From contig CAVPZF010000008.1 in assembly GCA_963710195.1 (NCBI GenBank), forward strand, positions 1,179,410 through 1,243,409: a DNA stretch of 64,000 nt, in the 5' to 3' direction. Below the pieces are notes generated by a model. That model saw only the letters and a program-made list of their open reading frames with translations, searched no databases and was not told the origin of the DNA. Source of the DNA: Lewinellaceae bacterium (GTDB lineage Bacteria; Bacteroidota; Bacteroidia; Chitinophagales; Saprospiraceae). The first letter of the stretch is position 1. Each line of letters starts with the position of its first letter. Of this stretch, positions 1 to 9,142 are shown piece after piece. A program made the position numbers and the translations under genes.

Positions 1-88
1 CGGAGAAAGAGGGATTCGAACCCTCGATACGGGGTTACCGTATATACGCTTTCCAGGCGTACCTCTTCAACCACTCGAGCACTTCTCC
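1..88 (-). tRNA. tRNA-Ser (anticodon GGA)
   Basis: The reverse complement GGAGAAGTGCTCGAGTGGTTGAAGAGGTACGCCTGGAAAGCGTATATACGGTAACCCCGTATCGAGGGTTCGAATCCCTCTTTCTCCG folds as a class II tRNA: acceptor GGAGAAG/TTTCTCC, anticodon stem TACGC/GCGTA with loop CTGGAAA, long variable arm ATACGG/CCGTAT, T-loop TTCGAAT, discriminator G at window position 1. Confidence 0.95.
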
Positions 89-129
89 TATAATTTTGAA
101 CTGATAGCCATCCGTTGATGGACATTAAA

Positions 130-237
130 CAGGGGAGGCAAGTGAGGGGAGCTACCGTATCTACGCTTGAGCTGCGCTAATCGTCGTTCCTCCTCGGGGT
201 TCCAGGCGTATCGCTGCAACCACTCGAGCACTTCTCC
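130..237 (-). pseudogene. tRNA-Ser-derived pseudo-copy with 32-nt anticodon-loop insert (168-199) and no T-arm
   Basis: Matches the tRNA 5' half, resumes at AGCGTA-x-ATACGGTA after the insert, then diverges; no TTCGA T-loop. Confidence 0.75.
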
Positions 238-278
238 AATAATTTTGAACTGATAGCCATCCGTTGATGGACATTAAA

Positions 279-385
279 CGGGGGAGGCAAGCAAGGGAGC
301 TACCGTATCTACGCTTGAGCTGCGCTGATCGTCGTTCCTCCTCGGGGTTCCAGGCGTATCGCTGCAACCACTCGAGCACTTCTCC
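279..385 (-). pseudogene. Second tRNA-Ser-derived pseudo-copy with 32-nt insert (316-347)
   Basis: Same structure as 130-237; the insert differs by one base. Confidence 0.75.
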
Positions 386-462
386 AAAATTGATTTCCGC
401 GCCACCCCTTGTAAGCAGTAAGCGGCCGATGTCGTCGCCCACGCATTCGTGGAGATCTGACG

Positions 463-493
463 CAAAAATTGTAAAAACGATCAACAAAACAAA
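463..493 (-). promoter_or_regulatory. Possible Bacteroidota sigma-A promoter for the tRNA repeat array
   Basis: Minus-strand AATTTTTG (463-470, one mismatch to TAnnTTTG) with TTTG 19 nt upstream (490-493). Confidence 0.4.
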
Positions 494-550
494 ATTTTTA
501 ACCGGCTCCCGTGAAATAAGCAGGGGCATTTAGTCGTAGTAGTGCTTCGT

Positions 551-1342
551 TCAACCAATCCCCTCATTTGCAAAACGGTCAAGTTCAAACAGTTGCCGCG
601 CGTTCGCGGAAGTAACTGCACCCACTTCTGCCGGACTAGATTCCCAAAGATCAGCAATTCTTTTTGCGATTAGGGGAAGGTAGGCCGTTTCATTCCGCTT
701 TCCGCGGTGCGGGGTGGGTGCAAGATAGGGTGCGTCGGTCTCTAAAACGATTCGGTTGCGGTCCGTTTGCCGGATCACTTCCTCCAGTCCGCCATTTTTA
801 AAGGTTGCTACTCCGCCTATGCCTAAGTAAAACCCCAAGTCCACCGCTCGTCCTGCTTGTGTAAGATCCCCCGTAAAACAGTGAAAGACGCCGCGCAACT
901 TGGCATCGTTGATCCCTTCCAGTAGGTCAAGCAGTTCGTCTATGGCCTCCCGGGCGTGAATGCTGACGGGCAGGCCATAAGCCACCGCCCATCCACACTG
1001 CCGAAGAAAGGCCGCTTCTTGATGCTGCCGGTATGTCTTTTCCCAGTACAGGTCCATGCCGATCTCGCCGATGGCCACCCACCGGCGCTCCCGCAAGTAG
1101 GCTTCGACTACCGCTAACTCCTCCTCAAAATTTTCCCTGACACTCACGGGGTGGAGCCCGATCATTGCCAGACACTCGCTGGGGTGATTCCGTTCCAGCT
1201 CCAGCATGGCCGCGTGGGTACTGCGGTCAATGGCGGGCAGGAGTGACAGGTTCACGCCCGCCTCCCGCGCCCGCTGGAGTACGGCCGGCCGGTCTTCGGA
1301 AAATTTAGTGCTGTAGAGGTGGGTGTGGGTGTCAATGAACAT
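551..1342 (-). CDS. tatD: TatD family hydrolase/nuclease
   Basis: MFIDTHTHL start, GEIGMD, HCFTG and LETDAPYL motifs; start moved to the ATG at 1342. Confidence 0.93.
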   Translation of the reverse strand: MFIDTHTHLYSTKFSEDRPAVLQRAREAGVNLSLLPAIDRSTHAAMLELERNHPSECLAMIGLHPVSVRENFEEELAVVEAYLRERRWVAIGEIGMDLYWEKTYRQHQEAAFLRQCGWAVAYGLPVSIHAREAIDELLDLLEGINDAKLRGVFHCFTGDLTQAGRAVDLGFYLGIGGVATFKNGGLEEVIRQTDRNRIVLETDAPYLAPTPHRGKRNETAYLPLIAKRIADLWESSPAEVGAVTSANARQLFELDRFANEGIG

Positions 1343-1392
1343 TACACGGGGATGTACCGGGGGCAATACCCGGGGTGCCTACCTTGGCGGCT

Positions 1393-2049
1393 ATGGCGAA
1401 AAAGAAATTCTACGTCGTCTGGATGGGCCACGTTCCGGGTATTTACACCGACTGGGCGTCAGCCAAGCAACAGGTCGAGGCCTACAAAGGTGCGAAGTAC
1501 AAGTCCTTCCCCGACCGCGCGCAGGCCGAAGCCGCCTTCCGCAAGGGCTTCGGAACCTACTTGAAGCAAGCCCTCTCCCCGGCGGCGGGATCTTCCTCCC
1601 ACCCGCGCACCCGCCGTACCTCCGCCGTCCCCTCCACCGACCGCATCATCGCGACGAGCATCAGTGTGGATGCGGCCTGCTCGGGCAATCCCGGCCGCAT
1701 GGAGTACCAGGGCGTCACTACCAGCGGGAAAAAGCAACTGTTCCACCGGGCCTTCCCCCTGGGTACCAACAACATCGGCGAATTTTTGGCCCTCGTGCAC
1801 GCCCTGGCCTTCCTGCAGCAACAAGAACAATCCGATCTGCCGATCTACACCGACTCCAAGATCGCCATGGGCTGGATCAAAAAAGGAAAGTGTAAGACCA
1901 CCCTGGTCCGCAATGCTCAAACTGCCGAACTCTACGAAATGGTCGCGCGCGCCGAAGCCTGGCTAAAGGCCAACCGCATCACTAACCCGGTGTATAAATG
2001 GAAGACGGAGATCTGGGGGGAAATTCCGGCTGATTTTGGAAGGAAGTGA
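1393..2049 (+). CDS. rnhA: Ribonuclease HI with N-terminal viroplasmin-like hybrid-binding domain
   Basis: KFYVVWMGHVPGIYTDW N-domain; SVDAACSGNPG, TNNIGEFLA, IYTDS and GEIPADFGRK RNase H motifs. Confidence 0.92.
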   Translation: MAKKKFYVVWMGHVPGIYTDWASAKQQVEAYKGAKYKSFPDRAQAEAAFRKGFGTYLKQALSPAAGSSSHPRTRRTSAVPSTDRIIATSISVDAACSGNPGRMEYQGVTTSGKKQLFHRAFPLGTNNIGEFLALVHALAFLQQQEQSDLPIYTDSKIAMGWIKKGKCKTTLVRNAQTAELYEMVARAEAWLKANRITNPVYKWKTEIWGEIPADFGRK

Positions 2050-2125
2050 GCAAGCGGGCTTCACGTAAGGAGATGGGCTGCGCTTTAGGGTAGGGACTAA
2101 GCCAGCGAAGCGTCGTCCCCCCCGC

Positions 2126-2680
2126 TTATCGCACAAACTTCATCCGGTACTTCAACTCAATGTCCCCCTTGCGGATCTTCTCCAGTTTACGTTTCACGAG
2201 GCGGCGCTTAAGGGGCTTAAGCATTTCCGTGAAGAGGATGCCTTCGATGTGGTCGTACTCGTGCTGGATCACGCGGGCGTTCATGCCGGTGAAGGTCTTG
2301 GTGTGGCTCACGAAATTTTCGTCCTGATACTGGAGGGTGACCTCTTGCGGGCGCTCCACGTCGCCGGTGATGTCGGGAATGCTAAGACAGCCCTCGCCGT
2401 AGCTCCAGTCGTCGCCGGCTTCTTCCAAAATTTCGGCATTGATGAATACTTCGCGAACGCCCTGATTCCCTTCGCCTTCTGCTTGCATCGGGGTGCTGTC
2501 AATAACGAAGAGGCGGATGCTCCTGCCGATCTGTGGAGCGGCCAGCCCCACCCCGTTGGCTTCCTCCATGGTTTCCCACATATCGGCGATCAACTGGGCC
2601 AAGTCGGGATAGTCGGGCGTGATGGCTTTGGCTACCTGCTTGAGTACGGGTTGACCGTAGGCATAAATCGGTAAAATCAT
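2126..2680 (-). CDS. def: Peptide deformylase
   Basis: GVGLAAPQIG, EGCLS and QHEYDH motifs. Confidence 0.96.
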   Translation of the reverse strand: MILPIYAYGQPVLKQVAKAITPDYPDLAQLIADMWETMEEANGVGLAAPQIGRSIRLFVIDSTPMQAEGEGNQGVREVFINAEILEEAGDDWSYGEGCLSIPDITGDVERPQEVTLQYQDENFVSHTKTFTGMNARVIQHEYDHIEGILFTEMLKPLKRRLVKRKLEKIRKGDIELKYRMKFVR

Positions 2681-2723
2681 GTGCATTGATTTGCGCTACA
2701 CTAACACACGAAGGCGGGCATGG

Positions 2724-3134
2724 TTAGCGCCGCTCCTCCATGAAATCTTGTAGGATAAGGGCCGCGGCAATGCGGTCGACTTCGGTTTTGTCACGACGTT
2801 GCTTCTTCCGCATGCCCATTTGCAACATGCTTTCCCGGGCGCGGCGGCTCGTATTAAACTCGTCCTGCCGGTGCAGGACGATCGCCGGGTACTGCTTGCG
2901 AAACTTTCGCTCGAAACCAACGATCTCGTGCTGCACGGGATTGCCCTGCCCCCCCAGATCGGTGGACTCCCCCACTACCAGGTCCCCGACCTCCTCCGCC
3001 GCCAGGTAGGTAGCCAGCCAATCGAATAATTTGCCGGTGGGCACGGTGGTCAACCCGGTAGCGATCAGCCGGAGCGGATCGGAAACGGCGATGCCACACT
3101 TCTTGCGTCCGTAGTCGATGGCGAGTATGCGCAT
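2724..3134 (-). CDS. ruvX: YqgF/RuvX family nuclease (pre-16S rRNA maturation)
   Basis: RILAIDYGRKKCGIAVSD, DEFNTS and VDRIAAALILQDF motifs. Confidence 0.93.
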   Translation of the reverse strand: MRILAIDYGRKKCGIAVSDPLRLIATGLTTVPTGKLFDWLATYLAAEEVGDLVVGESTDLGGQGNPVQHEIVGFERKFRKQYPAIVLHRQDEFNTSRRARESMLQMGMRKKQRRDKTEVDRIAAALILQDFMEERR

Positions 3135-3146
3135 GCGGGGTACGGA

Positions 3147-6100
3147 TCAGGTAGTTTCTACTTCGAGGGGCTCCAGGACCGGCTCGTCATCACGGCTGTA
3201 GCGGGCAATCACCTCCCGGATTCCGCGCCGGGTCTTGTAGAGCAGCCACAGCATGACGGGCACCACGACCAGGGTGAGGAAGGTGGCGAAGATCAGGCCG
3301 TAGATGACGGTGAGCGCCATGGGCCCCCAGATGGCGGTGTTGTCACCCCCCAGGAAGTACTTGCCGTCCCAGGTAGCGATGAAGCTGAAGAAATCGAAGT
3401 TAAAACCGATGGCCAGGGGGATGAGGCCGAGCACCGTAGTGATGGCCGTCAACAGGACCGGCCGTAGCCGGGTTGCCCCCCCTTCGATGATGGTCTCCCG
3501 GATGTCGGACAAGTCCAGATCGGAGATCTTTTCTACCCCCCGTTCGTCCACTTTTTCCCGCATGAGCAGGGTCGTGTAGTCGATCAGTACGATGGCGTTG
3601 TTCACCACCACGCCCGCCAGGGAGATGATGCCTACCCCGGTGAAGACCACCGAAAAGGTGCCCCCGAAGAAGAAGTAGCCCAACAATACCCCGATCGTCG
3701 ATAAAACCACCGAGGTCAGGATGATGAAGGGCGAGCTGATGCTGTTGAACTGGGCGACGATGATGATGAAGATCAGGAAGAGGGCAAAGACGAAAGCCCC
3801 CAGCAGAAAGCCGACGTCCTCCTGTTGCTGTTGTTGCTCGCCGGTGAACTCGTAATTGAAGCCCTGCGGAAAATCGTAATCCGCCAGCGCCGCCGCGATC
3901 TGGGGTACCACCGCGTTGCCGTTGTATCCATCCAGCACGTTTGAGCTGACGGTAATGACCCGGTCCAGGTCCTTGCGCTTGATGCTGCTGTACGTGGTGG
4001 TGTATTCCACCTGGGCTACCGTGGAGATCGGTACCTGGGTGATCCTGCCCGTGGCCGGGTCGCGGAAGGTGATGCGCTGGTCCAGCAGCCGGTCTACCCG
4101 GTTGCGGTCGCGCTCGTTCAGGCGCAGGAAGATGGGATATTCGTCTTCCCCTAGCTTGTACTTGCTGATCTCCTTGCCGTAGACGGAGGTACGCAGCGCG
4201 CTGGCGATCTGGAAGGTGGACAGTCCGTAACGCCGGGCGGCCTCCCGGTTGACGTTCACCAGCAGTTCGGGCTTGCCGAGTTTTACGTCCGCGGTGAGTT
4301 CTTCGATGCCGGGAATACCCTGGGCGTTGATGTAGCTGATGACGTCGTTGCCGAGCGGAATAAGCTTATCGAGATCCTCCCCGGAAATTTCCAGGTTGAT
4401 GGCTTTACCCGTCGGGGGGCCGTCGGCATTCTTATCGACCGTAACCTTGGCGCCGGGAATACCCTGTACCGTCTCCCGGATCTCCTCCATGACCTGGGTG
4501 GTATTTACGCCGTCGCGTTCGCGGAAGGGGACGAAACTCACCGTGATGCGGGCTTTATTGGGGGTCACGCCCGGTTCGGGGGGCGTGTTGGGGTCGGAGG
4601 TATTCTCCCCGATCTGGGTGAGTACGGACTCTACAATATCCTCGTAGGGTTCCAGCTGCGCCAGCAGGCGGGTCTCTAATTGGCGGGCCACTTCGTTGGT
4701 GGCCTCGATGTCGGAGCCCAGGGGGAGCTCCACGAAGGCGTTGACGTAAAGGGGGTCCGCACTCGGAAAGAATTCAATGGCCGGCGGCCTCCAGACGGAC
4801 AGGGCAATGGCACCGATGAAAAGGACGACCATACCGACCAGGATCGACCTGCCCCAGCGTAAGGAACCACTGATCACGCGCCGGTAGTTGTTTTCCAGCC
4901 ACGGCAAAAATCGCTCCTGGAACACGAAAGAAAGCGGGCGCAGGGCAAAAAAGTACACCAGGGTGATGAGCGTTGCGATCAACATCAGGTTGCCCAACCA
5001 CTGCAGGCCTGTGAGCCAGCCGATGGTGCCGACCACCATCAGGCCACCCGCGGTAAGCAGCGTACTGCGTACCCGCCGTTTGCGCTGGCGTTCCGTCGTA
5101 GCTTTTTCGTCTACCTTCATGAAGGTCTTGGCCAGCACCGGATTGATGACCAGGGCGACAATCAAGGAAGAGACCAGGACCAGAATCAGGGTAATCGGGA
5201 AGTACTTCATAAACTCACCGACGATCCCCGGCCAGACGGCCAGCGGACTGAAGGCCGCCAGCGTCGTAGCCGTGGAGGCAATGATCGGCCAGGCCACCTC
5301 ACCGGCCCCGTACTTCGCCGCATCGTCCGACCGCTCCCCATTCTGCATGTACCGGAAGACGTTCTCTACGATGACGATCCCGTTGTCAACCAACAGGCCC
5401 AGGGCTAGAATGAGGGCGAAGAGCACCACGATATTGAGCGTCACCCCCGAAAGCCAGATCCAGAGGATGCCCATCAGCATCGATAGCGGAATGGCGATGC
5501 CCACGAACAACGCATTGCGCAGGCCTAGGAAGAACAGCAGGACCACCACCACCAGGATGACCCCGGAGATGATGCTGTTCTCGAGGTTATCGACCTGGTC
5601 ACGGGTATTGTCCGACTGGTCGTTGAAGAACGTAATGTCGAGTCCGGCGGGCAGGCTGGCGCGTACCCGGGCGACGGTTGCCTGGATCTCGTCGGAGGTG
5701 GACAGGAGATTCTCCCCCGATTTTTTAATGACGTCCAGGCTCACTACCGGCAGCCCGTTGGCGCGGGCGATACTCACCGGATCGGCGTAGCCGAAGTTGA
5801 CCGTCGCCACGTCACGCAGATACACCAGCCGCTGCTTCTCGTTTTTGATGATGGTGTTGGCCAGCTCCTCGGCGTCGTCGTATTCGCCTACGACGCGGAT
5901 CGCGCGGCGCACCTGATTGTTGACAATCTCTCCGCCCGACAGCGTGAGGTTTTCGCCGCCTACGGCATTTTCGATGTCCTGAAAGCTAAGTTGCAGGCTC
6001 TCCAGCTTACGCACGTCCACGGCGATCTCGATCTCCCGCTCCTGCACGCCCTTGAGCTGTACGTCGTTGACCCCGTCGATGTCCTCCAGTTCGTCCTCCA

Positions 6101-6599
6101 TCAGCTCGGCGTAGCGCCGCAGGTCATCCGGGGAAAAGTCACCGCTCATGTTCACCGTGACGATGGGAAAGTCGGAGGCACTGATTTCGAGTACCGTAGG
6201 GTCGGTATCCAGATCGGAGGGCAGCTCGGGCTTGGCCAGATCGATGGCGTCCTTCACCCGGCGGGTGGCCTCGTCGATGTCCTCGTCGGCGTTGAATTCC
6301 ACCGTGATGACCGAAAAGTCCTGGATACTGGTCGACGTTAGGTTCTTGAGGCCGTCCACGCTCTGGAGCTCCTTTTCCAGGGGCCGCGTCACCAGGTTCT
6401 CGATATCGGCGGCGGAGTTGCCGAAGTAAGGGGTATTGACGAACACCTGGGGGAATTTGACCTCCGGGAACTGCTCCTTGGGTACCTGGTCGTAAGCGAA
6501 CAAACCAAAGATGAAAATCATGATCGTCAGCAGGAATACGCTGGTCGCGTTGTCTACCGCTAGGTTAGTGAGACTGAAAGTCCGTTTGTTGTCCTTCAT
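3147..6599 (-). CDS. RND efflux transporter permease (AcrB/AcrD/AcrF family)
   Basis: 1150 aa with two large periplasmic loops; GLLVDNGIVIVEN, GVVVNNAIVLID and RLRPVLLTAITT motifs. Confidence 0.93.
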   Translation of the reverse strand: MKDNKRTFSLTNLAVDNATSVFLLTIMIFIFGLFAYDQVPKEQFPEVKFPQVFVNTPYFGNSAADIENLVTRPLEKELQSVDGLKNLTSTSIQDFSVITVEFNADEDIDEATRRVKDAIDLAKPELPSDLDTDPTVLEISASDFPIVTVNMSGDFSPDDLRRYAELMEDELEDIDGVNDVQLKGVQEREIEIAVDVRKLESLQLSFQDIENAVGGENLTLSGGEIVNNQVRRAIRVVGEYDDAEELANTIIKNEKQRLVYLRDVATVNFGYADPVSIARANGLPVVSLDVIKKSGENLLSTSDEIQATVARVRASLPAGLDITFFNDQSDNTRDQVDNLENSIISGVILVVVVLLFFLGLRNALFVGIAIPLSMLMGILWIWLSGVTLNIVVLFALILALGLLVDNGIVIVENVFRYMQNGERSDDAAKYGAGEVAWPIIASTATTLAAFSPLAVWPGIVGEFMKYFPITLILVLVSSLIVALVINPVLAKTFMKVDEKATTERQRKRRVRSTLLTAGGLMVVGTIGWLTGLQWLGNLMLIATLITLVYFFALRPLSFVFQERFLPWLENNYRRVISGSLRWGRSILVGMVVLFIGAIALSVWRPPAIEFFPSADPLYVNAFVELPLGSDIEATNEVARQLETRLLAQLEPYEDIVESVLTQIGENTSDPNTPPEPGVTPNKARITVSFVPFRERDGVNTTQVMEEIRETVQGIPGAKVTVDKNADGPPTGKAINLEISGEDLDKLIPLGNDVISYINAQGIPGIEELTADVKLGKPELLVNVNREAARRYGLSTFQIASALRTSVYGKEISKYKLGEDEYPIFLRLNERDRNRVDRLLDQRITFRDPATGRITQVPISTVAQVEYTTTYSSIKRKDLDRVITVSSNVLDGYNGNAVVPQIAAALADYDFPQGFNYEFTGEQQQQQEDVGFLLGAFVFALFLIFIIIVAQFNSISSPFIILTSVVLSTIGVLLGYFFFGGTFSVVFTGVGIISLAGVVVNNAIVLIDYTTLLMREKVDERGVEKISDLDLSDIRETIIEGGATRLRPVLLTAITTVLGLIPLAIGFNFDFFSFIATWDGKYFLGGDNTAIWGPMALTVIYGLIFATFLTLVVVPVMLWLLYKTRRGIREVIARYSRDDEPVLEPLEVETT

Positions 6600-6606
6600 C
6601 GGAGTG

Positions 6607-7773
6607 CTATTGGATGGGATTCTGGCTGAGGGAAATGCGCTGGCCGTCGGTCAGGCCCCGGGCGCCGGAGGTGATGATGCGGTCGCCGGCTGCAACGCCC
6701 CCCTCGATGACGGCTTGATTGTTGTAGCTGCTGCCCACCGATACGTACGCTTTCTGAGCGCGGACTATGCCCTCGCCCTCCACGGCGGCAAAGACAAAGC
6801 GCCGCCCGTCGATCTCCTGTTGGATGTTGTCCTGGCTGACGGTCAGGACGTTTTCGGCCTCGTAGTCGAGTACCTCGACCTCGGCCAGTAGGTTGGCCTT
6901 CAGTTGGCGCATGTACTGGCGGGGGACGTCGATCTCCACCTCAAAGGTGCGGTTGGCGGGGTCTACCGTGCGCCCGATCCGGCTGATCGGGGCGTCAAAC
7001 TCCAGCTTGAGCGCCGGTACCCGCACGTGCACGTTCTGCCGCACCTTCACCTTGCTCAGCAAGTCTTCCGGGGCATCGGCTATGATGTCCAGGTCGTCGG
7101 TGCTGATGATCGACAGGATCGGCGCCCCGGGCAGGGCGGCTTCTCCGGTGCGCAGCATCACCTGCTCCACCGTACCGCTGAGGGGTGCGTAGACGTTGCG
7201 CTTGTTGGCCTGCACGTCGATCGACTTGAGTTGCTGCTGGATCCGATCGTAGGTATTCTTGGCCTGCAGGTACTGGATTTCGGAGCCGATGTTTTGGTCC
7301 CACAGTTTCTTCTGTCGCTCGTACACCGTCTCGGCCAGGGTCGCGGCGGTTTCCAGCTCGGCGCGCTGGGTTTCGGTGCCCGCTACGTCCAGGGTCGCCA
7401 CCAACTGGCCTTTACGGATGGGGTCGCCCTCTTCGAAATTCATGCGCAGGATACGTCCGGGAATTTCCGGGGTAGCCATGGCCGTTTCGGAGGCCCGTAC
7501 GGTAGCCTGTACTTCGGCAAAATTACTGAAGCTACTGGGCGTGACGGTCTCGTAGGCCACCAGGGTAGCATTGGGGGCAAAGCTGGGGTCGATCGTGATC
7601 AACCTGTCTTCCAGTTCCTCGACCTCCTGGGTCAGTTCCCGAAGCTGATCGCGGCGGTCCTTGAGGGCGGCCTGGATTTCCTCCGACGTTTGGGGATTTT
7701 CCGCTGCATCCGGGGCGCGGCCGCAGGTGCAAAGAACGAGGGCGAGGCCGAGCAGGGAGAGAGTGCGGGTCAT
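6607..7773 (-). CDS. RND efflux periplasmic adaptor (membrane fusion protein)
   Basis: Lipoprotein-like N-terminus, helical hairpin, APLSGTV lipoyl-like motif and VDPANRTFEV; lies between tolC-like and RND genes. Confidence 0.9.
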   Translation of the reverse strand: MTRTLSLLGLALVLCTCGRAPDAAENPQTSEEIQAALKDRRDQLRELTQEVEELEDRLITIDPSFAPNATLVAYETVTPSSFSNFAEVQATVRASETAMATPEIPGRILRMNFEEGDPIRKGQLVATLDVAGTETQRAELETAATLAETVYERQKKLWDQNIGSEIQYLQAKNTYDRIQQQLKSIDVQANKRNVYAPLSGTVEQVMLRTGEAALPGAPILSIISTDDLDIIADAPEDLLSKVKVRQNVHVRVPALKLEFDAPISRIGRTVDPANRTFEVEIDVPRQYMRQLKANLLAEVEVLDYEAENVLTVSQDNIQQEIDGRRFVFAAVEGEGIVRAQKAYVSVGSSYNNQAVIEGGVAAGDRIITSGARGLTDGQRISLSQNPIQ

Positions 7774-7809
7774 GGAGATAGTATTTAAAAGCTGATAAAA
7801 ACGAAGGCA

Positions 7810-9132
7810 TTAGCGTCCGAGGGCGAGGTAGAGTTCTTCCTTGGCCACGAGGGCATCGTACAGGGCGCTGAGGTAGTTGGCCTGGGATTCGTAGAGCTGC
7901 TGTTCGGCCTGTACGGTCTCGATGCTGCTCCCGACCCCCTCGGTGTATTTGATCTGGGTCACGTCGTAGATGCGCTGGGCCAGCTCCAGGTTTTCCCGGT
8001 TGACCTGCAGGCGGTCGCTGGCGGTACGGAAGGTGCCCCGGGCGTTGAGCACTTCGAGGGCGATGCTGCGGACCACGTCGTCCCGCTGGTTGACTACCTT
8101 TTCCTTCGCCAGACGGGCACGCTGGAGGCGGGAACTGCGTCCCCCGAAATCGTAAATGGGTACGAAGGCCGATAGGCCCACCAATACCGTGGGGGCCCAG
8201 AAACCATCGCTCAGGTTATCGCCCTGGTACTGGTACTGGGCGGCGGCCGATGCGGTCAGTTTAGGCAGGTAGGCCGCCCGCTGCAGTTCGATGTTGAGGT
8301 CCTGCAGGACGAGGGTCTCGTCCAGCAGCCGCAGCTCGCTGCGCTGTTGGTACGGAATAGCGGCGGTCAGGGCGGCCTCCTCGACTTCGAGTTGCAGTTG
8401 ATCCAGGTCGTCGGCAACCTGGAGCTCCTGCTCCTCGGGGTAGTTAAGGGTAAATTTGAGCGCGCGTAGGGCGTTCTCCCGCTGCTGCTCCACGTTCGCG
8501 CGATTGGACTGCAGGTTTCTCAGGCTCAGGTTCAGTCGATCTACGTCGAGTTGTTCCACGAAGCCGGCCTCGTACTGTGCCCGGGTTTCGTCCAGTAGCC
8601 GCTGCAGATTGGCGATGTTGTTGTCCAGGATATCCACGTTGGTGGACAGCAGCAAGACGGGGAAGTAGCTCTGGGTGACCTGATTGCGCAACTGCCGCTG
8701 GGCGTTTTCGAGTTGGAGGTTAAAGTAGCTGCTGCTGGCCCGCGCGGCCCGTAGACCGACAAAGAAGGAACCATCGAAGAGCATCGCACTCATGCTCACC
8801 CCGCCCGTGAAGCTGTTTCTGAGCTGGAAAGCGATTGACGTAGGCGCATTGGGGTCGCCCATGGCAAAGGCCTCGGGCAGCGGCAGGACGGGTACCTTCA
8901 AGTAGTGAAGGAAGTCGAGCGAAGCATTGAACTGCGGCAGACCGGTGCTGAGCTGTTCGCGCACGTTCTGCTCCGCGTCCAGGATATCGACCCGGGCGTT
9001 GCGGATGGTGTTGGAGTTCAGGGCGGCGTAGTTCACCGCGTCTTCCAGGGAATACTTGGCCGGAGCCGCGGTCTCCTGACCCGACACGGTGCCGAGCAGC
9101 AGGAAAACAAGGGGGATAAGAAAGAAACGCAT
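7810..9132 (-). CDS. TolC family outer membrane efflux protein
   Basis: Signal peptide, two helical repeats, C-terminal YTEGVGSSIE..QAE motif, operon context. Confidence 0.9.
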   Translation of the reverse strand: MRFFLIPLVFLLLGTVSGQETAAPAKYSLEDAVNYAALNSNTIRNARVDILDAEQNVREQLSTGLPQFNASLDFLHYLKVPVLPLPEAFAMGDPNAPTSIAFQLRNSFTGGVSMSAMLFDGSFFVGLRAARASSSYFNLQLENAQRQLRNQVTQSYFPVLLLSTNVDILDNNIANLQRLLDETRAQYEAGFVEQLDVDRLNLSLRNLQSNRANVEQQRENALRALKFTLNYPEEQELQVADDLDQLQLEVEEAALTAAIPYQQRSELRLLDETLVLQDLNIELQRAAYLPKLTASAAAQYQYQGDNLSDGFWAPTVLVGLSAFVPIYDFGGRSSRLQRARLAKEKVVNQRDDVVRSIALEVLNARGTFRTASDRLQVNRENLELAQRIYDVTQIKYTEGVGSSIETVQAEQQLYESQANYLSALYDALVAKEELYLALGR

Positions 9133-9142
9133 ACGCAGGGGC

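Larger units (their letters stand above)
51..385 (-). repeat. Tandem ~149-bp repeat built from the tRNA-Ser 5' part plus spacer
   Basis: CCACTCGAGCACTTCTCC starts at 71, 220 and 368 (periods 149 and 148). Units 89-237 and 238-385 are nearly identical. Confidence 0.92.

Noticed and set aside
51-385. CRISPR array or integrative-element att site at tRNA-Ser
   Set aside because: The sequences between the repeats are near-identical rather than unique spacers, and there are no cas genes. The duplicated part is the tRNA 5' half rather than the 3' end, and no integrase is in the window.
161-533. Short ORFs (161-529, 264-533, 274-465) over the tRNA repeat array
   Set aside because: They run through tRNA-derived repeats, have no recognisable motifs, and are best explained as chance open frames.
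1393-2049. Viroplasmin-like domain on RNase H as a sign of viral origin
   Set aside because: This hybrid-binding domain fusion is an ordinary bacterial RNase HI architecture.
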